Assembly (NCBI RefSeq): GCF_000354175.2
Contig: NC_022349.1
Span: forward strand, 210,001-242,000
Origin: Vibrio alginolyticus NBRC 15630 = ATCC 17749
GTDB taxonomy: Bacteria; Pseudomonadota; Gammaproteobacteria; Enterobacterales; Vibrionaceae
Reading direction: 5' to 3'
DNA length: 32,000 bases
Under the pieces are notes generated by a model. It saw nothing but the letters and a program-made list of their open reading frames with translations. It was not told the DNA's origin and ran no database searches. The position numbers and the translations under genes are program-made. Positions 1 through 11,964 of the stretch are shown piece after piece. Every line of letters starts with the position of its first letter. The first letter of the stretch is position 1.

Positions 1-551
1 TTAAGCCGATAGAATAGATCTTCACGAAATCCTCCTTGTACGACCTCATTTTTCAAATCCACGTGGCTTGCTGCAATGACCCTACAGTCCACGTCAATGA
101 ATTTATCCGCTCCGACTTTATGGATTTGTTTACTCTCCAAAAAGTGAAGGAGGTGGATTTGTAAGTCTGGTGGCATGTCACCAATTTCATCAAGAAATAG
201 GGTGCCTTTATGTGCCTTTTGAATAAAACCTATACGCTCTGAGATTGCGCCTGTAAATGCTCCTTTTTCATGGCCGAAAAGCTCGGATGCAATAAGACCA
301 CTTGGAATGGCTCCACAGTTGACTTCCACAAAAGGTGCTGAGTGTCTGTTCGACAATTGATGAATAAGGCGAGCGCAAAGACCTTTCCCAACACCAGTTT
401 CACCCTGAATGAGGACTTCAGCATCACATTGAGCGTACTTTTGTATTGCAGTACGAAGTTCTTGGATACAGGCACTATTGCCGATCAACGGGTATAGTGC
501 CGTATCGTCGAAATCTACAGCTTGTTTATTACTACCGTTACGCAGTTTCAT
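1..551 (-). CDS. sigma-54-dependent transcriptional activator (bEBP), first 183 codons; the C-terminus lies beyond the window start
   Basis: Open frame running off the left edge, so it is not in the supplied track. My reverse-strand translation from ATG 551 is MKLRNGSNKQAVDFDDTALYPLIGNSACIQELRTAIQKYAQCDAEVLIQGETGVGKGLCARLIHQLSNRHSAPFVEVNCGAIPSGLIASELFGHEKGAFTGAISERIGFIQKAHKGTLFLDEIGDMPPDLQIHLLHFLESKQIHKVGADKFIDVDCRVIAASHVDLKNEVVQGGFREDLFYRL. It has Walker A GETGVGKG, the GAFTGA sigma-54 contact loop, Walker B LFLDEIG and the FRxDLFYRL motif. An in-frame TGA lies 3 codons upstream of the ATG. Confidence 0.85.
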   Translation of the reverse strand, partial: MKLRNGSNKQAVDFDDTALYPLIGNSACIQELRTAIQKYAQCDAEVLIQGETGVGKGLCARLIHQLSNRHSAPFVEVNCGAIPSGLIASELFGHEKGAFTGAISERIGFIQKAHKGTLFLDEIGDMPPDLQIHLLHFLESKQIHKVGADKFIDVDCRVIAASHVDLKNEVVQGGFREDLFYRL

Positions 552-897
552 TGTTAATCACTATTTTTTGCCCCGCTCTAATAATAGTTTTGAATGACTT
601 GTCTCAAACGTGAGTTGCTGTCTCTTTATTGATAAAAATGTCAATTAATGGGTTGGGTACGGTCTAAATAGTTGATTTGGTGGATATTCATACTATTCTT
701 CGCTTTCTTCGTCAGAGTAGAGCTGATTGGAGGTGTTCTTTCCACCAGAGTATTCAATATGGAAAAGAATTTAATTTCATTTAAATCAATGTCTTGTGAA
801 AAATATTTAGAAAATATTCAATTGAGTATTGAAAAATATAGAATCCTTAGTTAGTGTGGTTACTAACAAAGCAACTCAAAAAGAGCCTTAAATAAGT

Positions 898-945
898 ATG
901 CGTAATTTTGTAATGAACATTCATCACCATCATCACCCAATCTAG
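898..945 (+). CDS. hisL: his operon leader peptide MRNFVMNIHHHHHPI (the in-frame alternative start at ATG 913 gives MNIHHHHHPI)
   Basis: Short ORF with 5 consecutive His codons (cat cac cat cat cac, 922-936) ending at TAG 943-945. It sits about 170 nt upstream of hisG and directly before the attenuator hairpins. It is too short for the ORF track. Confidence 0.8.
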   Translation: MRNFVMNIHHHHHPI

Positions 946-1055
946 TCTTTCGGGCGATGTACGCATACCCGGGAGGCAGGAAACTCCCGGAGGTAAAATC
1001 AAAGTAAAAGCAGATTTTAAACCCTCGGGAGACTTCAATCTCCCGAGGGTTTTTT
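946..1055 (+). promoter_or_regulatory. his transcription attenuator (alternative RNA hairpins)
   Basis: Perfect 7-bp hairpin ccgggag(969-975)/ctcccgg(984-990). The segment ctcccggagg (984-993) can alternatively pair with cctcgggag (1023-1031), the left arm of the terminator, which is an antiterminator/terminator arrangement. This matches the classic enterobacterial his attenuation logic. Confidence 0.7.
1019..1055 (+). terminator. his attenuator intrinsic terminator
   Basis: Perfect 11-bp GC-rich stem ccctcgggaga(1022-1032)/tctcccgaggg(1039-1049), 6-nt loop, then T6 (1050-1055). Confidence 0.85.
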
Positions 1056-1111
1056 AGTTTTATTAGTTTGAAAAATACTTAGATATCAAAATCTTGCATA
1101 GGGACAAAGCA

Positions 1112-2008
1112 ATGCAAACACAACGTTTAAGAATCGCAATTCAGAAAAAAGGTCGTCTTAGCAAAGAGAGTCAAGCTCTACTAAAACAGTGCGGCGTAAA
1201 GTTCAACGTAATGGGCGAGCGTTTAGTTGTCCATTCTGAAAATATGCCAATTGATTTACTCTTGGTTCGTGACGACGACATCCCAGGTTTAATTATGGAT
1301 GGCGTGGTTGACCTTGGCTTTATTGGCGAAAATGAGCTAGAAGAAGTTCGCCTTGACCGCAAAGCATTAGGTGAACCCTGCGAGTTTGTTCAGCTTCGTC
1401 GACTTGATTTTGGTGGCTGTCGTTTATCTATCGCAATCGACAAGGACGAAGAGTACAACGGTCCACAAGACTTAGCTGGCAAGCGTATTGCTACAACGTA
1501 TCCTCAACTTCTAAAAGCGTACATGGATGAAGCCGGCGTTCCATTCTCTACATGTATGCTGACAGGCTCTGTAGAAGTTGCGCCTCGCGCGGGTCTCGCT
1601 GATGCTATCGCTGATTTGGTTTCTACAGGTGCAACACTGGAAGCGAACGGCCTTAAAGAAGCTGAAATTATCTTCAAATCAAAAGCGACATTGATTCAAC
1701 GCACAGGTGAGTTCGACGCAGACAAAGTGGCGCTAATCGAAAAGCTGTTAACTCGCATGCAAGGTGTGCAGCAAGCGAAAGAATCTAAGTACATTATGCT
1801 TCACGCCCCAGCAGAGAAGTTAGATCAAATTAAAGCACTACTGCCAGGTGCTGAAGACCCAACTGTTCTTCCTCTTTCTGCAGATAAGCAGAAAATGGCT
1901 GTTCACTTAGTGAGTTCTGAAAACCTGTTCTGGGAAACAATGGAACAGCTGAAAGAGTTGGGCGCAAGTTCAATTCTCGTTCTACCAATTGAAAAAATGA
2001 TGGAGTAA
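1112..2008 (+). CDS. hisG: ATP phosphoribosyltransferase, long form
   Basis: Product from ATG 1112 begins [20 protein letters not shown], colinear with the E. coli HisG N-terminus (..TRLRIAMQKSGRLS). The track ORF starts at an upstream TTG (1094) that adds 6 non-conserved residues. First gene after the attenuator. Confidence 0.95.
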   Translation: MQTQRLRIAIQKKGRLSKESQALLKQCGVKFNVMGERLVVHSENMPIDLLLVRDDDIPGLIMDGVVDLGFIGENELEEVRLDRKALGEPCEFVQLRRLDFGGCRLSIAIDKDEEYNGPQDLAGKRIATTYPQLLKAYMDEAGVPFSTCMLTGSVEVAPRAGLADAIADLVSTGATLEANGLKEAEIIFKSKATLIQRTGEFDADKVALIEKLLTRMQGVQQAKESKYIMLHAPAEKLDQIKALLPGAEDPTVLPLSADKQKMAVHLVSSENLFWETMEQLKELGASSILVLPIEKMME

Positions 2009-2013
2009 GCATC

Positions 2014-3306
2014 ATGAGAACAGTCGTTTGGCAATCATTAAGTGAGAATCAGCAAGACTCTATTTTGGAGCGCCCTGCTATTGCAGAAGGTGCCAATATC
2101 ACCACTGCTGTGGCCGAAGTTATTGCTAAAGTTCGAGAAGAAGGTGACTCTGCTCTTATTGAGCTGACCGAAAAGTTTGACCGTGTTAAGCCTGAATCCA
2201 TTCGTGTTTCTTCTCAGGAAATTAAGGCAGCGTCAGAGCGTTTGTCAGAGTCAATGAAGAGCGCATTAGAGCAAGCTTACGCCAATATTTCTAAGTTCCA
2301 CAAAGCGCAAAAGCCGCAACCGATCAAGGTGGAAACCCAGCCAGGTGTCCTTTGTGAACAAGTAACACGCCCAATTCAAAAAGTGGGTTTGTACATTCCG
2401 GGTGGCAGTGCGCCTTTGCCATCGACTGTTTTGATGCTCGGCGTTCCTGCAAAAATTGCAGGTTGTCGTAAAGTCGTTCTTTGTTCTCCACCGCCAATCG
2501 CTGATGAGATCCTTTATGTCGCGAAACTGTGTGGCATTGATGAAGTGTACAACGTCGGTGGTGGCCAAGCAGTTGCTGCAATGGCTTATGGCACCGAGAC
2601 GGTATCGAAAGTAGATAAGATCTTTGGTCCGGGCAACGCTTACGTGACCGAAGCAAAACGTCAGGTAAGTAATGATTTCCGTGGTGCTGCGATTGATATG
2701 CCAGCAGGTCCATCAGAAGTTCTTGTAATTGCCGATGAAACCGCAGATGCAGACTTTATCGCTGCGGATCTTTTGAGCCAAGCGGAACACGGTCCTGATT
2801 CTCAAGTGGTACTTGTGACTCCTTCTCCTGTGATTGCTGATCAAGTGACGGATGTGGTTCAACGTCAGCTTAAGGAGCTATCTCGTGCAGACATCGCAGA
2901 AAAGGCTCTGGCATCAAGCTTGATCATTATTTCTGAGTCGATGACGCAGTCAGTTTCTATTTCCAATTACTACGGTCCTGAGCACTTGATTGTTCAGACT
3001 AAGAACCCTCGTGAGCTTCTACCTCTATTAGATAACGCAGGTTCTATCTTCCTAGGTGATTGGTCGCCTGAATCAGCAGGTGATTATGCATCGGGCACTA
3101 ACCACGTTCTTCCTACTTACGGTTACACACGCACGTATTCAAGCTTAGGCTTAGCGGACTTTTCGAAACGTATGACGGTTCAAGAGCTGTCTGCTGATGG
3201 TCTAAAGAACCTTGCACCAACGGTGGTCACCATGGCGGAAGCAGAAGGTCTGGATGCACACAAACGTGCAGTGACCATTCGCGTAGAAAAACTGGCAGCT
3301 AAGTAA
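2014..3306 (+). CDS. hisD: histidinol dehydrogenase
   Basis: 430 aa. Carries [36 protein letters not shown] and [16 protein letters not shown] blocks, near-identical to enterobacterial HisD. Starts 5 nt after the hisG stop. Confidence 0.97.
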   Translation: MRTVVWQSLSENQQDSILERPAIAEGANITTAVAEVIAKVREEGDSALIELTEKFDRVKPESIRVSSQEIKAASERLSESMKSALEQAYANISKFHKAQKPQPIKVETQPGVLCEQVTRPIQKVGLYIPGGSAPLPSTVLMLGVPAKIAGCRKVVLCSPPPIADEILYVAKLCGIDEVYNVGGGQAVAAMAYGTETVSKVDKIFGPGNAYVTEAKRQVSNDFRGAAIDMPAGPSEVLVIADETADADFIAADLLSQAEHGPDSQVVLVTPSPVIADQVTDVVQRQLKELSRADIAEKALASSLIIISESMTQSVSISNYYGPEHLIVQTKNPRELLPLLDNAGSIFLGDWSPESAGDYASGTNHVLPTYGYTRTYSSLGLADFSKRMTVQELSADGLKNLAPTVVTMAEAEGLDAHKRAVTIRVEKLAAK

Positions 3307-4359
<1,053 letters not shown>

Positions 4360-4428
4360 ATAGAGACAGAATTTATCGCTCTCGCTCAATAGCGGGAGCG
4401 CCAAAAGAATAGCAATAAGGAAGTTCGA

Positions 4429-5502
4429 GTGAGCAAACAACAAAAAATCCTTTTTATCGACCGTGATGGCACCTTAATTGTTGAGCCGCCGATTGATTTT
4501 CAAGTAGACCGTTTAGATAAGCTAAAACTAGAACCATTTGTTATCCCAAGCCTGCTGTCGTTGCAGGATGCAGGATACCGCCTAGTGATGGTCACGAACC
4601 AAGATGGTTTGGGTACCGACAGCTACCCACAAGCTGATTTTGATGCACCACACAACATGATGATGGAGATCTTTGAATCTCAAGGTGTGAAGTTTGATGA
4701 TGTGCTGATTTGTCCTCACTTCGATGAAGATAACTGCTCTTGCCGTAAGCCTAAATTGGGCTTGGTAAAAGAGTACCTTCAAGGTGGCAAAGTGGATTTT
4801 CAAAACTCTGTTGTGATTGGCGATCGTCAAACCGATCTTCAACTTGCAGAAAACATGGCAATTCGTGGCATTCAATACAACCCAGAAACCATGGGTTGGA
4901 AACAGATCCTAAAAGATCTCACGGTGAAGGCTCGCGTTGCTGAAGTGGTTCGCACCACAAAAGAAACAGACATTAAAGTATTCGTTAATCTTGACGAGCA
5001 AGGCGGTAACGATATTTCTACAGGTCTTGGCTTTTTTGACCACATGCTGGATCAAATTGCGACGCACGGTGGATTCCAAATGGTGTGCAAAGTGGAAGGT
5101 GACCTGCACATTGATGATCACCACACAGTAGAAGATACCGCTCTTGCGTTGGGTCAAGCGTTGAAAGAAGCACTGGGTGACAAGCGTGGTATTGGTCGCT
5201 TTGGCTTTAGCTTGCCAATGGATGAGTGTTTGGCGCAATGCGCACTAGACCTATCAGGTCGTCCTTACCTTAAGTTCGACGCGCAATTCAGCCGTGAGCA
5301 AGTGGGTGATCTTTCAACAGAGATGGTGGTTCACTTCTTCCGTTCTCTGACTGACACATTAGCGTGTACGCTGCACCTGTCTTCTGCGGGCAACAATGAT
5401 CACCACATCATTGAAAGCCTATTTAAAGCGTTTGGTCGTACGTTACGCCAAGCAATCAAAGTAGAAGGCACTGAGCTACCAAGTAGTAAAGGCGTGCTTT
5501 AA
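4429..5502 (+). CDS. hisB: bifunctional histidinol-phosphatase / imidazoleglycerol-phosphate dehydratase
   Basis: 357 aa. N-terminal HAD motif FIDRDGTLI; C-terminal IGPD blocks [15 protein letters not shown] and [17 protein letters not shown] start preceded by AAGGAAG. Confidence 0.96.
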   Translation: MSKQQKILFIDRDGTLIVEPPIDFQVDRLDKLKLEPFVIPSLLSLQDAGYRLVMVTNQDGLGTDSYPQADFDAPHNMMMEIFESQGVKFDDVLICPHFDEDNCSCRKPKLGLVKEYLQGGKVDFQNSVVIGDRQTDLQLAENMAIRGIQYNPETMGWKQILKDLTVKARVAEVVRTTKETDIKVFVNLDEQGGNDISTGLGFFDHMLDQIATHGGFQMVCKVEGDLHIDDHHTVEDTALALGQALKEALGDKRGIGRFGFSLPMDECLAQCALDLSGRPYLKFDAQFSREQVGDLSTEMVVHFFRSLTDTLACTLHLSSAGNNDHHIIESLFKAFGRTLRQAIKVEGTELPSSKGVL

Positions 5503-5528
5503 GGCTAACGTTAGCAAGGAGAAAAACA

Positions 5529-6143
5529 GTGACAGAACAGAAAGTTGTCATTATCGATACTGGCTGTGCCAACGTTTCTTCGGTGAAGTTTGCCATTGAA
5601 CGCCTAGGCTATGACGTAACGATTTCAAAAGATCCGCAAGTCGTATTATCCGCAGATAAGCTATTCCTACCGGGTGTGGGAACCGCCAGCGAAGCGATGA
5701 AGAACCTAGAAGAGCGCGATCTGATCAGCTTGGTAAAACAGGTAGAAAAGCCATTACTAGGTATCTGTTTAGGCATGCAACTGTTGGGCAAAGTGTCTCA
5801 AGAGAAAGGGCAGAAAGCCGACGAGTTAGTTGAGTGTCTTGGACTTTGTGATGGCGAAGTGAAGCTACTACAAACTGGCGATTTGCCGTTGCCGCATATG
5901 GGGTGGAACACGGTCTCTGCAAAAGCAGGTAATCCACTTTTCAAAGATATTGAAGAAGGAGAGTATTTCTACTTCGTGCACAGCTTTGCGATGCCTGTTG
6001 GGGATTACACGATTGCGGAATGTGAATACGGCAACCCGTTCACAGCAGCAGTACAAAGCGGTAACTATTACGGCGTGCAATTCCACCCTGAGCGTTCTTC
6101 AAAAGCGGGCGCGAAGCTTATTCAAAACTTCTTAGAATTATAA
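5529..6143 (+). CDS. hisH: imidazole glycerol phosphate synthase, glutamine amidotransferase subunit
   Basis: 204 aa with GICLGMQLL (Cys nucleophile) and [12 protein letters not shown] start after AAGGAGA. Confidence 0.95.
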   Translation: MTEQKVVIIDTGCANVSSVKFAIERLGYDVTISKDPQVVLSADKLFLPGVGTASEAMKNLEERDLISLVKQVEKPLLGICLGMQLLGKVSQEKGQKADELVECLGLCDGEVKLLQTGDLPLPHMGWNTVSAKAGNPLFKDIEEGEYFYFVHSFAMPVGDYTIAECEYGNPFTAAVQSGNYYGVQFHPERSSKAGAKLIQNFLEL

Positions 6144-7644
<1,501 letters not shown>

Positions 7645-7648
<4 letters not shown>

Positions 7649-8280
7649 GTGTGAAAGCCGCCGAAGTAAGTTCGCTAGTTGAGCGAATCAACTGGGAAAA
7701 GGTGGATGGTCTGGTACCTGCTATCGTACAAGATTTCCAATCAAGCCAAGTGCTGATGATGGGTTATATGAACCAAGATGCGTTGGCAAAAACGGGCGAA
7801 ACAGGTCAAGTGACGTTTTTCTCTCGTACCAAGCAGCGTCTTTGGACGAAAGGTGAGACCTCCGGCAACGTATTGCAACTAGTGAACATGCAGCTCGATT
7901 GCGACAACGATACGCTACTGGTGAAAGTGAATCCCATTGGTCCTACGTGTCACTTGGGTAACACAACTTGCTGGGATGTGGACCCTCAAGAGGAGTCACA
8001 AATGGTGTGGCTTCATCAACTTGAGCAGCTATTGGCTGCCCGCAAGAGTGCCGACCCAGATTCCTCTTATACTGCCAGTCTTTATGCCCGTGGCACCAAG
8101 CGTATTTCGCAAAAAGTGGGCGAAGAAGGCGTTGAAGTCGCGCTTGCGGCGACGTCGGGCGATAAGGCGGAGTTAGTGTGTGAATCAGCAGACTTGATTT
8201 ACCACTTGCTGGTATTGCTTCAGGACCAAGGTCTATCGATGAATGACGTGGTGAATAAACTGAAAGAGCGTCATAAATAA
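7645..8280 (+). CDS. hisI: bifunctional phosphoribosyl-AMP cyclohydrolase / phosphoribosyl-ATP pyrophosphatase
   Basis: 211 aa with [26 protein letters not shown] and [13 protein letters not shown] blocks. ATGA overlap with the hisF stop. Confidence 0.96.
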
Positions 8281-8298
8281 GCCTGCTATAGATAAATG

Positions 8299-8334
8299 AA
8301 AGCCCCTATGACTCGGGAGTCTAGGGGCTTTTTT
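8299..8334 (+). terminator. his operon terminator
   Basis: 8-bp stem agccccta(8301-8308)/taggggct(8322-8329), followed by a T-run to 8334, 19 nt after the hisI stop. Confidence 0.8.
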
Positions 8335-8560
8335 AATTTAGTGTTCTTGGTTCGGGGTAAACCTCGGCGACAGTGCGAGTGGCGATTGGATTCTGAATCA
8401 CGCTCGTCCCTCGCTGTTCAGAATGACGGTATATTTTCTAATGGTGCTTGCAGTAGAGTTATCTACTTCAAATAGGTACATATATTCACATCATTTCGAC
8501 AAGCCTAAGCGATGTCAAGAATCCAATTAAATCGAGTTTAATAAGCTAGGTATGGATGCT

Positions 8561-9076
8561 TTACCCACAACACTTTTTAAACTTTTTACCGCTTCCACAG
8601 ATACACGGGTCGTTGCGACCTACTTTTAGGCTACTCACTGGTTGGTTTAGGCGAGGATCTTGTTCTGGTTCTTCTTCTAGCTCTTTTTCTGGAAACGTGC
8701 CGTCAATGTAGTACCAAAGCCCATTTTCTTTTACAAAGCGGGAACGCTCTGTCATACAGTAGCGTTTGCCGTCTTCATCAAAATAAGCGCTAAACTCTAC
8801 AAAGCCTTCATTGTCATTACTGCCAGCTTCTGTTTTTACAACTTCAAGTTTGCACCAATCGCTGTCGATAGATTGGGCAATGCCTTCACGTTGCTCTTCT
8901 GCATTACAGATTGGATGATAAGTGTTGACCACGTAATCGACTAGACCTAACACATGCGCACTGTAACGAGAGCGCATTAACTGCTCTGGAGTGGTGACGT
9001 CAGCATGGTTGTTGTGGGCGATTTCACAACACTGTGAGTAGGTGCGGTTAGATCCGCAAGGGCAAGAAGAAGCCAT
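8561..9076 (-). CDS. ychJ: YchJ-like SEC-C motif protein (UPF0225-type)
   Basis: 171 aa. Cys-rich SEC-C-type motifs at both ends (N-terminal CPCGS..YSQCC, C-terminal [17 protein letters not shown]) flank a central globular region. This is the YchJ architecture. Confidence 0.8.
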   Translation of the reverse strand: MASSCPCGSNRTYSQCCEIAHNNHADVTTPEQLMRSRYSAHVLGLVDYVVNTYHPICNAEEQREGIAQSIDSDWCKLEVVKTEAGSNDNEGFVEFSAYFDEDGKRYCMTERSRFVKENGLWYYIDGTFPEKELEEEPEQDPRLNQPVSSLKVGRNDPCICGSGKKFKKCCG

Positions 9077-9104
9077 AAAATGAAATCTCGATTAATTAAG
9101 CGGT

Positions 9105-9144
9105 AAAAACAAACAACCTCACAATTGCGAGGCTGGAGGTGAGG
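9105..9144 (-). terminator. probable terminator after the EAL/HDOD gene
   Basis: On the minus strand: cctcac(9144-9139) ... gtgagg(9122-9117), a 6-bp stem with a 16-nt loop, followed by ttgtttgttttt. The long loop lowers confidence. Confidence 0.4.
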
Positions 9145-9156
9145 CATTATAGCGAT

Positions 9157-10371
9157 TTAGGGCGTTTGAGACAGCAGTTCTTGAGCCCACTCGGTAGATT
9201 GATTAAAAGCGTCTGCTAATTGAGGTTCGGTTAATTTAAGAACGGTGCAATATCGCTCGGCTAACTCCCAGTCCGCTTGTTCATAGGCGATCGTCATCGA
9301 AAGTAAGTGACCAAGTACGCCTTTTCGACTGGTTAATGCGAGTTTTATATCTTCGTCAACGGGGATATCTTCAATGACATCCGAGAGCGGTTGATCGAGC
9401 AAAGATCCGAGTAAAGAAAACATGCCTGTCAAAAAAGCCTGCCCAGGGTCATACCTAGTGTTCATTTGACTAAGTAACAGTTCACACATTCGTGCACGCT
9501 GAATCGCTAAAGAGTAAAGAGAGTCAGGTTTATCTTCTTGAACAGACGCAATTGCAACTAAGGAAATAAAGCGTCGTAGTCGCTCTTCACCCAGATAAAT
9601 AAGCGCCTGTCTGAACGATTTGATCTTAGTCGTTAATGTATATCCTGAATTTACGTAAGTAAGCAGCTTGTATGACAGCGTCACATCAATCGAAAACAGA
9701 CGTTCAACCTCATTGAAGTCGATGGGCTTATCTGCAATCTCTTTACAAAGTTGGATGACGGTAAGAAACGCGGGGTTCAACCGTTTTTTCTGGATCATCT
9801 CAGGTTTGCTAAAAAAATACCCTTGAAAATAGTTAAAACCGGCTTCTAGGGCTTGCTCAAACTCTTCATAGGTCTCTACCTTCTCCGCAAGAAAGTCGAT
9901 TTTAAATGGGCTCAACGCCTGAATAAAAATGGCAGCTTTCTTGATCGGCACAAGTCTAATATCAAACTTGATCATGGAAACGTATGGAAGAAAACGCTTC
10001 CAAGCTTTCGTCGGAACAAAATCATCCAGAGCAATTTTGTACCCGCACTCATGAAGGTGCTTGATGGCTTCTAACAGTTCTTCTGTCGGTTGGCAGTCTT
10101 CAAGGACTTCAATGACGAGAGATTCTTTAGGAAACAAAGTTGGGACCAAGTTCACCAAGCTTTGATGCGGAAAGTTAACAAAGCCAAGTTTGTTTCCTAA
10201 TGTATTGTAATGCGTCGACAAAAAATGATCGGATAGCAGTCGACTAGTAGCCAGCTCTGGTTCTACTTCAGGGAAGGTATTTTTAGGGCCGTCTCGAAAG
10301 AGGAGTTCGTAACCTATGGTTCGTTTTTCTCTATCCAGAATCGGTTGGCGAGCTACGTAAGAATACTTCAA
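9157..10371 (-). CDS. EAL domain + HDOD domain signalling protein (probable c-di-GMP phosphodiesterase, COG3434-type architecture)
   Basis: 404 aa. EAL-domain landmarks in order: QPILD..GYELLFR, FVNF, IEVLED, ALDDF, IKFD, AEKVET, YFQGYFFSKP. The C-terminal approx. 200 aa are HDOD-like. The apparent start is TTG at 10371; there is no in-frame ATG near the N-terminus. Confidence 0.8.
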   Translation of the reverse strand: MKYSYVARQPILDREKRTIGYELLFRDGPKNTFPEVEPELATSRLLSDHFLSTHYNTLGNKLGFVNFPHQSLVNLVPTLFPKESLVIEVLEDCQPTEELLEAIKHLHECGYKIALDDFVPTKAWKRFLPYVSMIKFDIRLVPIKKAAIFIQALSPFKIDFLAEKVETYEEFEQALEAGFNYFQGYFFSKPEMIQKKRLNPAFLTVIQLCKEIADKPIDFNEVERLFSIDVTLSYKLLTYVNSGYTLTTKIKSFRQALIYLGEERLRRFISLVAIASVQEDKPDSLYSLAIQRARMCELLLSQMNTRYDPGQAFLTGMFSLLGSLLDQPLSDVIEDIPVDEDIKLALTSRKGVLGHLLSMTIAYEQADWELAERYCTVLKLTEPQLADAFNQSTEWAQELLSQTP

Positions 10372-10469
10372 TTAGGTACTTCGTTCTGTTTAACTTAGTA
10401 TTATGATAATAGCGATTTTTTACAAAATATCTACGACTTGAGCGTGAATCTTCTACACGCTCTACATGC

Positions 10470-11207
10470 TTAACGCAAATTCTGTATGAACGGTCTCGTT
10501 TGCAGGTCAAAACTATCAGAATTTACTTTTAAAACTGAGCCTTGCGTATACCAATCCCCTAAAACAATTCGGGTCTTTTTAATGCCATCGACGTCAAAAA
10601 AATGTGTGTTCGGGCGATGTGTGTGACCATGAATCATTATGTTGACGCAGTTCTGAGACATCACTTTCTCGACCTCATTTTGGTTAACGTCCATGATATC
10701 TAATGACTTGCTCATTTTATCATCACGAATATCGGATTGAACTTTTGAGACAATTTTCTTCTTAATGAACCAAGGAATACGGTTAAACAACCATTGTAGC
10801 CATGGCTTGTGAACGGTTTTTCTAAACTCTTGGTATTTCACATCGTCAATGCAGAGCGTATCGCCATGTAGGATTACGGCTTTTTGACCATAAAGATCAA
10901 TCGTGCAGACATCGTCGAGTAATGTCATACCGGTTTCTTTGCAAAAGCGTTTGCCGAGTAAAAAATCTCGATTGCCTTGGATGAAAAAAGTTGGCACACC
11001 CGCATCCGTCAGTGCTTTAAATTCTGCACGGATTTGGTCTGCAAAAGGGGTGTTGTCATCGTCACCAATCCAGAACTCAAACAGATCGCCGAGTACATAA
11101 AGTGCATCAGCTTTTGTTGCTTCTGTTCGTATGAACGTCACAAAACATTCCGTGATATCAGGACGTGATGGGGTAAGGTGAAGATCGGAAATAAATAATG
11201 TCGTCAT
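10470..11207 (-). CDS. lpxH: UDP-2,3-diacylglucosamine diphosphatase
   Basis: 245 aa calcineurin-like metallophosphoesterase with [26 protein letters not shown] and HGHTHRP motifs, colinear with LpxH. The ppiB-lpxH order matches E. coli. Confidence 0.93.
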   Translation of the reverse strand: MTTLFISDLHLTPSRPDITECFVTFIRTEATKADALYVLGDLFEFWIGDDDNTPFADQIRAEFKALTDAGVPTFFIQGNRDFLLGKRFCKETGMTLLDDVCTIDLYGQKAVILHGDTLCIDDVKYQEFRKTVHKPWLQWLFNRIPWFIKKKIVSKVQSDIRDDKMSKSLDIMDVNQNEVEKVMSQNCVNIMIHGHTHRPNTHFFDVDGIKKTRIVLGDWYTQGSVLKVNSDSFDLQTRPFIQNLR

Positions 11208-11267
11208 AGAAATAAGGGGAAGCTATGCCTCCCCATTAACTTATCTTTTAAAAATAATTCCTAAGAA

Positions 11268-11762
11268 TTACTCTTCAATTGTTGTACCAGTGATTACTAC
11301 GTCTTCTAGAGGTACGTCTTGGTGCATGCCGTAAGAACCAGTGCTAACGCCTTTGATCTTATTTACGATGTCCATGCCTTCGATTACTTCACCGAACACA
11401 CAGTAACCCCAACCGTCTAGGCTTTCGCTACGGAAGTCTAGGAATGTGTTGTTGTTTACGTTGATGAAGAACTGAGAGCTTGCTGAATGCGGCTCCATAG
11501 TACGTGCCATAGCAAGTGTACCCACTTTGTTGCTTAGGCCGTTGTTTGCTTCGTTCTTGATAGGTGCACGAGTCGCTTTTTCACGTAGACCAGACTCCAT
11601 ACCACCACCTTGGATCATGAAGCCGTCAATAACACGGTGGAAAAGCGTGTTGTCGTAGAAACCGTCGCGGCAGTACTGAAGGAAGTTTGCGCTTGTCTCT
11701 GGCGCTTTCTCTTCGTTTAGTTGAATCTTGATGTCACCAAAATTAGTGTGAAGGGTGATCAT
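11268..11762 (-). CDS. ppiB: peptidyl-prolyl cis-trans isomerase B (cyclophilin type)
   Basis: 164 aa. Begins [15 protein letters not shown] and contains [14 protein letters not shown] and SQFFINV, colinear with E. coli PpiB. Confidence 0.95.
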   Translation of the reverse strand: MITLHTNFGDIKIQLNEEKAPETSANFLQYCRDGFYDNTLFHRVIDGFMIQGGGMESGLREKATRAPIKNEANNGLSNKVGTLAMARTMEPHSASSQFFINVNNNTFLDFRSESLDGWGYCVFGEVIEGMDIVNKIKGVSTGSYGMHQDVPLEDVVITGTTIEE

Positions 11763-11964
11763 GCTACTTTCCTTTACTGTGTTGTGTTGAGCCCGAGATT
11801 CTAGCCTAAGTTCTAGTGCTTTAAAAACTCAGGAAGAGGAAATTCTTCGTTTTGTGCTTGAAGTTTAGCCGATTATCGTTTTATCGGTTAATTGCTATTA
11901 CCTAACTAGGTTGGAGTTGATATACTCATCTTCTTTTATTCATTCACAATCATAGATAGAGATC

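Noticed and set aside
672-1038. Track ORFs 672-854 (+) and 847-1038 (-) upstream of hisG
   Set aside because: They overlap the his promoter, leader and attenuator. Their composition is odd (Trp/Cys/Phe-rich), and the attenuator interpretation explains the sequence better.
2266-2713. 100-aa and 129-aa minus-strand ORFs inside hisD (similar antisense ORFs lie inside hisB, hisH, hisF, cysS, torA, the GH36 gene, sapD and others)
   Set aside because: They are antisense to strongly supported conserved genes, have Arg/His/Cys-rich low-complexity translations, and lack start context. These are typical shadow ORFs.
9157-10371. Possibility that the EAL domain is catalytically dead (DDFGTGYS replaced by DDFVPTKAW)
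   Set aside because: The metal- and substrate-binding landmarks (ELLxR, N, ExLE, DD, KxD, E, QG) all appear present. The divergent loop is normal for the EAL+HDOD (COG3434-type) family as I recall it.
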